A stretch of 64,000 bases of DNA from Occultella glacieicola (GCF_004353825.1 NZ_SMNA01000004.1:124001-188000), one strand, 5' to 3'; counted from the first letter of the stretch, positions 28,336 through 38,325 are shown. Notes: generated from the letters alone by a model not told the origin. Translations and numbers: made by a program.

Positions 28336-29376
28336 TCAGGGTCGACCACCCAGGGCGGTCTTCAGTTTCGGCGCGAGGGACGCGCCGTCCCCGCCGCTGA
28401 CCTCCGCGGCGGCTCCGGCCCGGCGGGCCGTCCCCACCTCCTGCACCGCGACCGGTGTCCCGTGAGCCAGGACCTGCTCGCCCGGGGTCAGCTCCCGGAT
28501 CGCGATCACGGCGACCCGCGCGGGGAACTCCTGCGCGAACTCACGGTAGATGTAGGGATCGTGCTGGCCGTCATCGCCGACCAGCACCCAGCGGATGTGC
28601 GGGAACTCGGCCGCGAGCCGGCGCAGTGCGTGGCGCTTGTGCTCCTGACCGGAGCGGAACCAGCCGGAGTTGGTCGGTCCCCAGTCCGTCATCAGCATCG
28701 GCCCGGCCGGGAACCGGTGCCCGCGCAGGAACTGGACGAGGGTCGGCATGATGTTCCAGGCCCCGGTCGAGAGATAGAACATCGGGGCGCCGGGGTGGTC
28801 CGCGAGGAGGTCCCGGTACATCGCCGCCATCCCCGGCACCACCTTGCGGGCGTTGCCGTGTCGGATGAACGTGTTCCAGATGGCGATGAACGGTCTCGGG
28901 ACGAGCGTGACCAGGGCGGTGTCGTCGATGTCGCTGACGATTCCGAAGCGTGCGCCGGCGTCGATGACGTGGACTCGTTCAGTCACAGGTTCCGCGGACT
29001 TGGCGGTGATGGTCACCTGATGCCAGCCGGGGGAGAGTCCGTGCTCGGAGACCACCAGGTCCAGATAGCCGCCGCGGTCGGCGGTGCCCGGATAGTCCCG
29101 GTCGCCCACCCGGACCGTGACCGGCATGTAGCCGACCGACGCCGTCACGTACGACCGCCAACCGCGTCGGGAGGTCAGGTCCTCCTCCGCGGCACCGGTC
29201 GCCGGCGGGGCTCCACCGCGGGTCATCACGACCCGGCCGAGGATCCGGACGAAGTCCTGGTTCCCGTAGCCGATGTAGGAAAGGGTGCGGGGACGCCATC
29301 CTCGAGTCCGCAGAATCGGCACCAGTCTGCGGTTGATGCCGTTCTCTATGGCAGCGGCCAAGTGCGTGTCGGGCAT
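28336..29376 (-). CDS. App1/DUF2183-family phosphatidate phosphatase-like protein
   Basis: SDIDDT (DxDxT), YLSTGAWN, LMTDWGPT, GQEHK, LVGDDGQHD. Confidence 0.9.
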   Translation of the reverse strand: MPDTHLAAAIENGINRRLVPILRTRGWRPRTLSYIGYGNQDFVRILGRVVMTRGGAPPATGAAEEDLTSRRGWRSYVTASVGYMPVTVRVGDRDYPGTADRGGYLDLVVSEHGLSPGWHQVTITAKSAEPVTERVHVIDAGARFGIVSDIDDTALVTLVPRPFIAIWNTFIRHGNARKVVPGMAAMYRDLLADHPGAPMFYLSTGAWNIMPTLVQFLRGHRFPAGPMLMTDWGPTNSGWFRSGQEHKRHALRRLAAEFPHIRWVLVGDDGQHDPYIYREFAQEFPARVAVIAIRELTPGEQVLAHGTPVAVQEVGTARRAGAAAEVSGGDGASLAPKLKTALGGRP

Positions 29377-29684
29377 GGGCCCAGGCTATGGGAAAGGATC
29401 GAGGTCGGCGGCCTGACGCCGCCGACCCCGACCTGCTGCGCCCCATTGCGCAGGCTCCGACTGGTGTGTCCGAGTGGTCCCTATCGTGGCCCACGTCACA
29501 CGACGCCGGGGACCTTGAACCCATTCAGAAGGCAACGATTCGGTCACGATATGGCCCCTCCGGACCGGTATGGATCCATCTCCCGGATCGTGGGCTCCGG
29601 GTCCCCGACGAGGATGTCTCAACACCCCCATGGCGCTCGATCCGCACGCGGCTCCGCCGCTTGCATTGCGGCGGCGCAACGGCC

Positions 29685-29892
29685 CTTGCGGCTCGGGGCC
29701 TCGGGCCTCGGCGGCGCTTGCGGCTCGGGGCCTCGGGCCTCGGCGGCTCTGCGGTTCGGGGGCTCGGCGGCCTCGGCGGCTCTGCGGTTCGGGGGCTCGG
29801 CGGCCCGGCGGCTCTGCGGTTCGGGGGCTCGGCGGCTCGAGGGCTGCGGCGGCCCCGGCCCTTGCGGCTCGGCGGCGGCTCGGCGGCGGCCC
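29685..29892. repeat. Degenerate ~8-nt GC-rich tandem array with ~32-nt higher-order repeats
   Basis: Units CGGCGGCT / CTGCGGTT / CGGGGGCT / CGGCGGCC(T) recur. The block CGGCGGCTCTGCGGTTCGGGGGCTCGGCGGC occurs three times. Confidence 0.75.
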
Positions 29893-30040
29893 GGTCCTCG
29901 CGGCCCGGCATCGACCGTCGCCCTTGGGGTCAGCGTCGGCTGCCGCCCTGTGGCCTCTCGTCTCCCGCGTCTGCGCGTCGCCCGAGGTGACGCCGCCGGT
30001 GCGACGGTCCCCGTCGCAAGGCGGAGGGCCGCCGTCGCGG

Positions 30041-32355
30041 TTACCTCCAGGGTGACTGGGTGGGGACGATTTCGGTGCCGTCTGGTTTGTAGAAGTGCCA
30101 GGTGCCGTTGATGGTGCGCATGGTGAGGCGGTGGGTGTGGACCCAGTTGTGGTGGTAGTAGCACAGCAGGGCGGCGTCGGCGAGGTCGGTGCGTCCGCCT
30201 TTGGACCAGGCTCGGACGGCGTGGTGGGATTCGCAGAGTTCTGGGGGTGCGGTGCAGTGGGTGCGACGCAGTGGTGGTCGTGGGCGATGAGGGCGCGGCG
30301 CTGGTTGCTGGTGAAAAGGCGGTGGGCGCGGCCATGGTTGAGGACTTCGTTGTCGGGGCCCAGGATGATGCGGTAGGTCTCGCCGGTGCAGGTGATCAGG
30401 CGTTCGAGCAGGGTGTAGGGCACGGGTCCGGTGGTGTCGGTGAATGTGGCCGGCCCGGCGCTCAGCAGGGCGGCCCAGTCCCGGGTCAGGAGGTCGGGGG
30501 TGGCGGCGCCCGCCGGCGCCGGGGTGGCGGTGGTGGACATACGGGTCCCCGCGGACGCAGTTGTCCCGTTGGTGCCGGTGGACAGAGCCGTATCAGTGGA
30601 CAGGTCAGTGCCGGTGGCGAAAGCAGCCCCCGAGGGCCGGGACCCGTCGCCGCATGAAGCCGTGCTGGCGGACGGGACTGCGCCGGTGGAACCAGTCGTG
30701 CTGGTGGGCACAGCGGTGTCGGTGGGCGCAGCGGTGTCGGTGGGCGCAGCGGCGTCGTCGGGCGCAGCGGTGTCGTCGGGCGCAGCGGTGTCGTCGGGCG
30801 CAGCGGTGTCGTCGGGCGGAGCCGTCCTGGGCGAGGTCGTCGGTGCTTCCGCGGAAGCGCTGGTCGGGCCGGTGCTGTCGAGGCCGGGGAGCGGGTCGTC
30901 GATCGGTTGACCGGTACGTCCCGGCGCCGGGGTTGCCCCGTTGTTGACCCAGATCGGCTCGCCGCCGGTGGGCTCGGGGGCCTGAGCGGCCTCGACGTCG
31001 GCGGCTTTGGCGGGCTCAGAGCCCGTGGACTCGGTGGCCTCAGAGTCGGGGGCCTGAGTGACCCCGGCTGCGGCGGTCCGGGCGGCTTCGGCGTTCGTTT
31101 GGGCGGTGTGGATGATGTCGAGGAATTCGGGGGTGGTGATGAGGACGCCGAGGTGGGGGCGCACCGAGGCGCTGGTGCCGACCTTCCCGTGGTCGAGGGC
31201 GGTGTGGGCGAGGTCGGCGAGGGCTTGGGCGCGGCGTTGGGCGTGGGTGCGGGTCTCGCCGGCACTCGGGGGTCCCATGAGGGCTTCGAGGGCGGCGCGG
31301 ATGTATTGGCCGTGTTCGAGGGTCAGGAAGCCGGCGAGGTGGTACCCGTCCATGGTGCGGTCGATGTTGACGAACTCGTGGTCGGCTGCGGCGAGGTGGG
31401 CGGCGTCGGCGGTGTCGGGGTCGGCGATCGCGACGAAGTGGTCGACCAGGGTGCGGAGGTCCTCGGGGGACCGGACCGCGGCGCTCTCGAGCAGCAGCTC
31501 CTCAACGGTGACCACCCGACCATCGGCCACGGAGGCACCGACGGCGGGCGCTCCGGTGCCGTCGGTCGTGGTCGGGTCGGTCGCGTCGGGCCCAGTGGCG
31601 GCGGTGCCGTCGGTGCCAGTGGCGTCCGCACCGGTAGCCGTGGTGTCGGTGCCAACGGTGTTCGCGCCCGTCGCGGTGGTGTCGGTCCCGGTCGCGTCGG
31701 CGCCAGTGATATCGGGGCCGTCGGTACCCGTGCCGGTGGACGCGGCATCGTCAGTGCCGGTGTCGGGGGTGGGGCTGGCGGGGAGTTGGAGGGCGTCGGT
31801 GGCGGCCTGGGTGGTGGCGGCCCTGAGCAGGATCTGGGCCTGGTCGATCCCGATCTGACCGGCTCGTAGCCGTCGCCTGGTGGCGGGCAGGCTGTTGCGC
31901 AGGCCCTTGGCCAGGCTCACGATCCGGCGGGCGTTGGTGGCGGTGATGCCGTAGGTCTTGGCCACGTAGGCGGCGTAGGTGCGGAACCCCTTGGTCGGGT
32001 CCCAGGTGCCGGCCTCTTCCTCCAGGCCCATCCAGTCCAGGCGGGCCCCGGTGAGGTTCTCGGTGATCAGGTGGGTCCGTAACGCGGCTTGGCCCAGGAA
32101 CGTGGCTCCGTATCGGTCGGATTCCTCGACGGGGTCGGCGCAGGCGATCGCCTTGGTGATCGCTTCCAGGGCGATCAACTGGTCGTCCAGTGAGCCGGAC
32201 AGCACCTCGGCCAGAGGCTGGTGCATCCGGGACGCCAGCGCCACTCCCGCCGCCGCGGGAGCACCCGAACCACTGCCACTGCCATCGCCGGTGCCGCCGC
32301 CGGTGTCGCCGTTGCCGCCGGTGGTGTCGCCGTTGCCGCCGGTGGTGTCGTCCAT
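30041..32355 (-). pseudogene. DUF222 (13E12-like) / HNH endonuclease with a 1-nt frameshift at the start of the HNH domain
   Basis: DUF222 motifs (LPATRRRLRAGQIG, ADPD, QRRAQALADL, RPHLGV, HGRAHRLFT..QRRAL). After HCVAP (about 30260) a shifted frame gives CTAPPELCESHH...WSKGGRTDLADAALLCYYHHNWVH...TAA at 30041. Confidence 0.85.
30706..30813 (-). repeat. 18-nt tandem repeat x6 (A-P-D/T-D-T-A) inside the DUF222-HNH gene
   Basis: GGGCGCAGCGGTGTCG(TC/GT) repeated six times with few substitutions. Confidence 0.9.
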
Positions 32356-32386
32356 GGTGCTCACCTTCTCTCGGGTGCCGCTTGTA

Positions 32387-32402
32387 TCGGACGGATGTTC
32401 GA
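32387..32402. promoter_or_regulatory. LexA (SOS) box upstream of DUF222-HNH
   Basis: Minus strand reads TCGAAC-ATCC-GTCCGA, one mismatch to the actinobacterial TCGAAC-N4-GTTCGA. Lies between the promoter and the SD. Confidence 0.7.
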
Positions 32403-32411
32403 TCTGGTTCC

Positions 32412-32433
32412 ACCCTAGAACACCCCACCGACA
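32412..32433 (-). promoter_or_regulatory. RecA-NDp / PafBC-type promoter for DUF222-HNH
   Basis: Minus strand reads TGTCGG-TGGGGTGTTC-TA-GGG-T, an exact TGTCGG-N10-TA-N3-T. Confidence 0.78.
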
Positions 32434-32598
32434 ACGCCAGATCCCGGATTTCCCTTGTGGATACACCGAAATCGGCACGTCCGTACGTGGGCACCATGGG
32501 CCGGAGAGCGCGCCGATGACTCCCCATCCACAGACCCCCGCGGGCCGTAGGGGCCGGACGTGCGCGAGTTGAATGGTCGGGCGGAGCAGTCGAACGGT

Positions 32599-33630
32599 TC
32601 AGGACAGCTCGCCGGCGGCGGCCACCCAGTCGGCGAGTTCCGCGCGGGCGTCTGCACCGAGCGCGCGCAGCGGCCTCGGTAGGTTCGGCGTGCCCACCAG
32701 GCCGAGGTCCTCGGCGAGGGCCGACGCGACCCGCATGCTGCCGTGCCGGCGCATGAGATCCCACACCGGTTCAAGCTCGGCCGACAGTGCGCGCGCGGCG
32801 GCGGCATCGCCGGAACGAGCCGCCCGCGTGAGGGCCATCGCCCGCTGCGGCAGGGTGCCACCGAGTACGGAGTACCAGGCATCGCAGCCGGCGAGCAGGC
32901 CGGTGGCGGCCATCGGGTCCCCGCTGATTCCTATGGTCACGTGTCTGGGGACGAGCTCCCGCAGGCGGTCAACCCGGCCGCGAGTCGCGTCAGGTCCGCC
33001 GGAGAGGCCCGCTGTGCCAGTCGTGCCCGCTGTGCCAGTCGTGCCTGCTGTGCCTGCCGTGCCTGCTGTACCCGCCGAACCGGCAACGCGCCGGTCGCTC
33101 GTCGCCGGCACCCCGGGGATCTTGATCGAGGAGACCCGGGGCAGCCGGGAGACCCGTCCGTAGAGCTCTTCGGTGAACGTGAACCCGGTGGTCCCGGGAT
33201 TGTCGTAGACGCACAGAGGCACCGAGAGTTCGGCGGTGATGTCCTCGTACAGCCCGTAGACCTCGTCCTCGGTCAACGGCTGGTAGGTCACCGGTGCGAG
33301 GAGCACCCCGGCGGCTCCCGCTGCCTGGGCGTCGGCGGCCAGGTCGAGCACCTCCCGGGTGCCCACCGAGCCGATCCCGATCACCACCGGGATCCCGCCC
33401 GCGGCCTCGACGGCCAGATGAGCCACCCGCGCCCGCTCGGCCCGGGTCAGGTACGGATACCCACCCGTCGAACCCAACGGACAGATCATGTCGACCCCGG
33501 CCGCAACGAGCCGGCCCACGAGTGCGTCGAACGCGCGCTCGTCGATCCCACCGGCACCGACCGGCGTCAGTGGGAACGCCCCGAGTCCGGTGAAGAGTCC
33601 GGGGGCGGTGCCGTCGCGCAGGCCGGGCAT
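32599..33630 (-). CDS. Dihydrodipicolinate synthase-family protein
   Basis: AFPLTP, LGSTGGYPYL, LLAPVTY, VYDNPGTT, and SIKIP (Schiff-base Lys). TGATG coupling to the response regulator. Confidence 0.88.
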   Translation of the reverse strand: MPGLRDGTAPGLFTGLGAFPLTPVGAGGIDERAFDALVGRLVAAGVDMICPLGSTGGYPYLTRAERARVAHLAVEAAGGIPVVIGIGSVGTREVLDLAADAQAAGAAGVLLAPVTYQPLTEDEVYGLYEDITAELSVPLCVYDNPGTTGFTFTEELYGRVSRLPRVSSIKIPGVPATSDRRVAGSAGTAGTAGTAGTTGTAGTTGTAGLSGGPDATRGRVDRLRELVPRHVTIGISGDPMAATGLLAGCDAWYSVLGGTLPQRAMALTRAARSGDAAAARALSAELEPVWDLMRRHGSMRVASALAEDLGLVGTPNLPRPLRALGADARAELADWVAAAGELS

Positions 33631-34316
33631 CACGCGACCCCCGCCTCGCGGGCGAGGATCGCGGCCTGCACCCGCGAGGTGCAGCCGAGCTTGGCCAGCA
33701 GGTGCGAGACGTGCGTCTTGGTGGTCGCCTCCGTGATGTGCAGACCGGCGGAGATCTGCCCGTTGGACAGGCCCTGCGCCAGGGCAGCGAGCACCTCCCG
33801 CTCGCGGGCGGTCAGGCCGGCGCGCTCGACGACGGCCGTGGCGTCCGCCTCGGCCCCGGGCCGCCCGCTCCCCGGTGATCCCGGCCCACCCGGCCGTGAC
33901 GTCGCGAACGCGTCGAGCAGGGTCCGGGTCACCTCCGGAGCGACCACGCCCTCCCCGGCGGCCACCCGGCGCACCGCGTCGAGCAGGGCCGGTGCGCTGG
34001 TCGACTTCAGCAGGAAGCCCGCAGCCCCCGCCCGCAGTGCCCCGAACACATACTCGTCCAGGTCGAACGTGGTCAGCACGAGGACGTCCGCGAGCCCCTC
34101 ACCGACGATCGTCCTGGTCGCCTCGATGCCATCCATCCGGGGCATCCGGATATCCATCAGCACCACGTCCGGACGCAGCGCGCGGGCGTTGCGCACGGCG
34201 ATCTCCCCGTCGGCGGCCTCGCCGACCACCTCGATGTCGGGGTCGCCGGCGAGCATCAGCCCCAGGCCCGCGCGGATCGCGGTGTGGTCGTCGGCGATCA
34301 GGGCCCGGATCGTCAC
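33630..34316 (-). CDS. NarL/LuxR-family response regulator
   Basis: IADDH, DVVLMDIRMP, LTTFDLDEY, GFLLK, LTAREREVL, TTKTHV. Confidence 0.95.
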   Translation of the reverse strand: MTIRALIADDHTAIRAGLGLMLAGDPDIEVVGEAADGEIAVRNARALRPDVVLMDIRMPRMDGIEATRTIVGEGLADVLVLTTFDLDEYVFGALRAGAAGFLLKSTSAPALLDAVRRVAAGEGVVAPEVTRTLLDAFATSRPGGPGSPGSGRPGAEADATAVVERAGLTAREREVLAALAQGLSNGQISAGLHITEATTKTHVSHLLAKLGCTSRVQAAILAREAGVA

Positions 34317-35716
34317 CGGTGCTCCTCGGGGTCGACGGGGCGAACGCCCGACGGCGTCGGCGCGGCCCGCAGGTCGTCGGTCGGTCGGTCGGCGGTCGGG
34401 TCGTCCGGGCCGTGGTCGAGTTGATCGTGACCGCGGCCGGGCCGCTCGCCCGGCCCACCCGGCTCACCTGGTCCACCCGGCTCGCCCGGCCCGCCCGGCT
34501 CGCCCGGCTCATCCGGCCCACCCGGCTCTCCCGCCTGCCCGACCCCCGCGGCGGGCAACCGGGCCCGCACGACCCACCGTCCGCCGTCGGGCCCGGCCGT
34601 GCACGTGCCGCCGACGGCGGTGGCTCGCTCGGCCATGATCTCCAGCCCGAAGCCGGTCGAATCGGCTCGGCGTACCGGCCCGACGGCGTTGCTCACCTCG
34701 ATCAGGAGGGTGCCGTCGTCGTGGGTGAGGGCCGCCGCGACCTCGCCGGCGCCGTGCTTGGCCGCGTTCGTGAGCGCCTCCTGCAGGATCCGGAACGCGG
34801 CCTGGTCCACGGCCGCCGGCAGGCCGTCGGCGGCCGACCGCTCCGGCAGGGTCAGGTCCAGGTGGTGCGCCGCGCCGAGTCCGGCGAGCTCGACGGGGTC
34901 GCTCAGCCGGGCCGGGGCGAGTTCGGGTTCGTCGCCGGACCGGAGCAGGGTGATCATCGAACGCATCTCCGCGAGGGCGGACACCGACGACCTACGGGCG
35001 GCGAGCAACGCCGCCCGGTCCGCTCCGCCGTCGGGCCGTGCCAGTGCGGCCTCGGTCGTGATGGCGATCGCGGACAGGTTGCCCGAGATCGCGTCGTGCA
35101 GGTCGCGGGCCATGCGTTCGCGTTCGTCCCGCAGCCGCTCGGCCTGGCGCATCGCGGTGAGCCGCTCGAGATCGGCCGCGCGTGCGTGGGCGAGATCGGC
35201 GACCTCCTTCTGTGCGCGCACCGAGCCGCCCCACCAGAGCGGGGTCGCGTACAGCGCGAACGACTGCAGCCCGTTCGCGAGCGCGAACCGGAGGTCGCCG
35301 CTCACCAGCCAGGCCGCCACGAACGTCACCACGATGACCCCGACGACCACGGCCATGATGATGCGAACCGCGCGGCTGGACGCATACAGCGCCGCGGAGT
35401 GGAGCAGGTCCCAGAGCACGAGGATCACGCCGATGCTGCCGCCGAGCAGGGCATCCCCGGCCAGCACCACCACGCCGCCGAGCAGAGCCGCGATCGGGTG
35501 TCGGCGCTTGCCGAGCATGACCGCGGCGCCGAGTACCAGCGGGACGAGGTGCCACCAGGGGTCGGCCGGCGGCCACGGCCAGGTGTAGAACAGGCCGCCG
35601 GTCAGGTCCGTGACGATGAGCAGCACCCCGACGATCACCACGGCGACGGCGTCGGTGACGTCCCGCCGTCGAGGGGTCGCCCGGGCCCATCGCCAGAACT
35701 CGATCACGAATGCCAC
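34313..35716 (-). CDS. Membrane sensor histidine kinase (HisKA_3)
   Basis: TM helices, ERERMARDLHD, QEALTNAAKHG, GFGLEIMAERA, and a C-terminal EPGGPG repeat tail. Start approximate. Confidence 0.9.
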   Translation of the reverse strand: MAFVIEFWRWARATPRRRDVTDAVAVVIVGVLLIVTDLTGGLFYTWPWPPADPWWHLVPLVLGAAVMLGKRRHPIAALLGGVVVLAGDALLGGSIGVILVLWDLLHSAALYASSRAVRIIMAVVVGVIVVTFVAAWLVSGDLRFALANGLQSFALYATPLWWGGSVRAQKEVADLAHARAADLERLTAMRQAERLRDERERMARDLHDAISGNLSAIAITTEAALARPDGGADRAALLAARRSSVSALAEMRSMITLLRSGDEPELAPARLSDPVELAGLGAAHHLDLTLPERSAADGLPAAVDQAAFRILQEALTNAAKHGAGEVAAALTHDDGTLLIEVSNAVGPVRRADSTGFGLEIMAERATAVGGTCTAGPDGGRWVVRARLPAAGVGQAGEPGGPDEPGEPGGPGEPGGPGEPGGPGERPGRGHDQLDHGPDDPTADRPTDDLRAAPTPSGVRPVDPEEHR

Positions 35717-35770
35717 CCGACCATCCCAGCACACGGCGCGCCCGCGCCGGAATCGGCCGAAGGATGGAGG

Positions 35771-37246
35771 TCAGTGGATCCCGGCCATCATCTTCGTGAT
35801 CCACTTGTTCATCGCCGCCACGAGGACCCCGACCAGGATCGACGCGCCACCGAGGACCAGGAAGTACGGCGTCTCGTTGTCCGCGTCGTAGAACGTGGCG
35901 AGCGCGCCGGCCGCCGCGGAACCGACCGCGATCGACATGAAGAACAGCGCGATCATCTGCGTGTGGAACGCCTCGGGTGCGAGCTTCGTGGACAGCGACT
36001 GCCCGACCGGGGACAGGCACAGTTCGGCGATCGTGAACAGGAACAGGATCAGTACCAGCCACAGCAGCGGCGTGCTGTTCGGACCGCCGCCCGCGAACGG
36101 GATGAACAGCAGGAAGGCGATCCCCATCACGGTGGTGCCGATCGCGAACTTCCACGGGGAGGTCGGCTGCCGCGGTCCCATGCGCTGCCACATCGCCGCG
36201 AACACCCCGGCGAAGATGATGATGAAGATCGGGTTGATCGACTGGATCCAGCTCGGCGGCATCACCCAGCCGAAGATCTCCCGGTTGAGCCGCTCGTCCG
36301 AGTACACGGCCACCACCGTGAACTGCTGCTGGAACAGGGACCAGAACGCCGCGCTCGCGACGAACATCGGGATGAAGGAGATCACCCGGCTGCGTTCGAC
36401 ATCGCTGAGCCGCGACGAACTCAGGATGATCGCGAACAGAGCGATCGTGGCGGCCAGCGTCACCACGACCACGATCGTGGACAGATTCGCCGCCGTGATC
36501 GCCCCCACCAGGGCCAGGACCGCGACGAGCACCACGGCGCCGACCGCGATCCCGAGGTATCGGATCCGGCCACGGTGGTCCAGGGGGTTGGTGACCTCGG
36601 CGCCGGCGTCACCGATCGTGGACCGGCGCAGCAGCAGGTACTGGATCAACCCGGCCGCCATGCCGAGCGCGGCGAGCCCGAACCCCCAGTGGAAGCCCTG
36701 CATCTTCCAGACGAGCCCGGTCAGCAGCGGCCCGACCAGCGCGCCCAGGTTCACGCCCATGTAGTAGATCGAGAACCCGGCGTCGCGGCGCGTGTCGTCC
36801 TTGGTGTACATGTCGCCGAGCACCGAGCTGGTGGTCGCCTTCAACGTGCCCGAGCCGAGCGCGATGCAGACCAGGCCGATGCCCACGCCGATGAACGCCG
36901 GCACCACCGCCAGCGCGATGTGCCCGCACATGATCAGCACCGCGGCGCTGAGCAGGGTCCGCTCGGCCCCGAGGAGCCGGTCCGCCACCCAGGCGCCGAG
37001 GATCGAGGAGAGGTAGACCAGGCCGCCGTAGGCACCCACGATCGAGGTGGCCTCGGCCTGCGTGAGCCCGAGGCCACCCGCGGTCGCGGAGTAGTACAGG
37101 TAGTAGACGAGGATGCCCTGCATGCCGTAGAAGCTGAACCGTTCCCACATCTCGACGCCGGCCAGGTTCGCCAGGCCCCAGGGGTGTCCGAAGAAGGTTC
37201 GCGTCGGTGCCGCGACAGGTTCCGTGGCGGTGTCGCCCTCAGTCAT
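35771..37246 (-). CDS. POT/PTR-family proton-dependent oligopeptide transporter
   Basis: FFGHPWGL, EMWERFSFYGM, GAWVADRLLG, RRDAGFSIYYMGVNLG, QSINP, ELCLSPVG. Confidence 0.95.
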   Translation of the reverse strand: MTEGDTATEPVAAPTRTFFGHPWGLANLAGVEMWERFSFYGMQGILVYYLYYSATAGGLGLTQAEATSIVGAYGGLVYLSSILGAWVADRLLGAERTLLSAAVLIMCGHIALAVVPAFIGVGIGLVCIALGSGTLKATTSSVLGDMYTKDDTRRDAGFSIYYMGVNLGALVGPLLTGLVWKMQGFHWGFGLAALGMAAGLIQYLLLRRSTIGDAGAEVTNPLDHRGRIRYLGIAVGAVVLVAVLALVGAITAANLSTIVVVVTLAATIALFAIILSSSRLSDVERSRVISFIPMFVASAAFWSLFQQQFTVVAVYSDERLNREIFGWVMPPSWIQSINPIFIIIFAGVFAAMWQRMGPRQPTSPWKFAIGTTVMGIAFLLFIPFAGGGPNSTPLLWLVLILFLFTIAELCLSPVGQSLSTKLAPEAFHTQMIALFFMSIAVGSAAAGALATFYDADNETPYFLVLGGASILVGVLVAAMNKWITKMMAGIH

Positions 37247-37368
37247 CCTGCGAGCGTGGCACCGATGCCGAGCGCTCGCACGCGGGGGAATCTCCATCGA
37301 AGGAGTGACGTCGCGACCTGCGTCCTTTGCCCGATGTGCGCGGGGTCGGCCACCGTGAGAGTGGAAGC

Positions 37369-38325
37369 ATGTCCTTCTCGCTGCTCGGCCCGCTCGCGGG
37401 CCTCGCCCTCATCGACTCGACCAGTTTCGGCACCCTGCTCATCCCGATCTGGCTCATGCTGGCGCCGGGTCGGCTGCGCGCGCAGCGGGTGCTGGTCTTC
37501 CTCGGAACCGTCGCGGTGTTCTACTTCGGCGTCGGCCTGGCCCTACTGGCCGGCGCCAGCGGGCTGGCCTCGATCATCGAGTCCGAGTCGCCGATCCTGA
37601 CGTGGGGACAACTCGCGCTGGGCGTGGCCCTGTTCGTCGGCTCGTTCTTCGTGGGCCGGAAGAAGAAGACCGAGCCCGACGGCGGCGCCTCGGCCGGGGT
37701 GGACGCCGTCACCGTGGGCGGGCGGAGCGTGGGCGACGACGGCGCCGGGTACGAGTCGGGGGAGAGCGGGCCCGGCGGGCGGGGGCCCGCCGGGTCGGAT
37801 CCGGACGTCGATGCCGGTGCTGCCCCGGCGCCGACCGGGCGGCTGGCCCGCTGGCGCGAGCGCACCGTGGCGACCGAGGGCCGCGGCGGGTACGCGTCCC
37901 TGATCGGGCTCGCGCTCGGTGCTGCGGTCCTCGAGGTCGCGACCATGCTGCCCTACCTCGGTGCGATCGGGCTGATGACAGGCGCCGACCTCACCTGGCC
38001 GCAACGCGTCGTGCTGCTCGCCGGCTACTGCCTCGTCATGATCGTGCCCGCGCTGGTACTGCTGGGCGGTCGGATCCTCGCCCGTCGGACGGTGGAGCCG
38101 GTGCTCCAGCGGATCGCGAACTGGATGGCGAAGTCGGCCGGGGAGACCGTGGCCTGGATCATGGGCATCGCGGGCTTCCTGATCGCCCGGGACGCCGCCG
38201 TCCAGGTCGGGCTGTTCGAGATGATCAACGACTTGTCGAACACGTTCGGAGTGAATGTGGGTGAGGGCAGGCCGGTCGACCCCACCGGCCCTGCCGGCCC
38301 GGAGGCACCCGCGACGCCCGAGTAG
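37369..38325 (+). CDS. GAP (Sap/SfLAP) family membrane protein
   Basis: LALIDSTSFGTLLIP, EVATMLPYLGAIG, YCLVMIVP, with a Gly-rich cytoplasmic loop insert. Confidence 0.82.
   Translation: MSFSLLGPLAGLALIDSTSFGTLLIPIWLMLAPGRLRAQRVLVFLGTVAVFYFGVGLALLAGASGLASIIESESPILTWGQLALGVALFVGSFFVGRKKKTEPDGGASAGVDAVTVGGRSVGDDGAGYESGESGPGGRGPAGSDPDVDAGAAPAPTGRLARWRERTVATEGRGGYASLIGLALGAAVLEVATMLPYLGAIGLMTGADLTWPQRVVLLAGYCLVMIVPALVLLGGRILARRTVEPVLQRIANWMAKSAGETVAWIMGIAGFLIARDAAVQVGLFEMINDLSNTFGVNVGEGRPVDPTGPAGPEAPATPE

Noticed and set aside
29685..29892. Possible CRISPR or TIGR-like array
   Set aside because: No constant repeat with unique spacers, no cas or Nop-domain gene nearby, and the units are contiguous and degenerate.
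28243..30111. 622-aa plus-strand ORF containing AALRFGGS repeats
   Set aside because: It is antisense to the App1 gene and then runs through the stop-free GC repeat array. No SD or domain evidence.
29386..30255. C-terminal ~290 aa of the 1030-aa ORF
   Set aside because: This is out-of-frame read-through after the frameshift. The real HNH domain is in another frame and ends at 30041.
30041..32355. DUF222-HNH as an insertion sequence
   Set aside because: No DDE or HUH transposase motif, terminal inverted repeats or target-site duplication visible.
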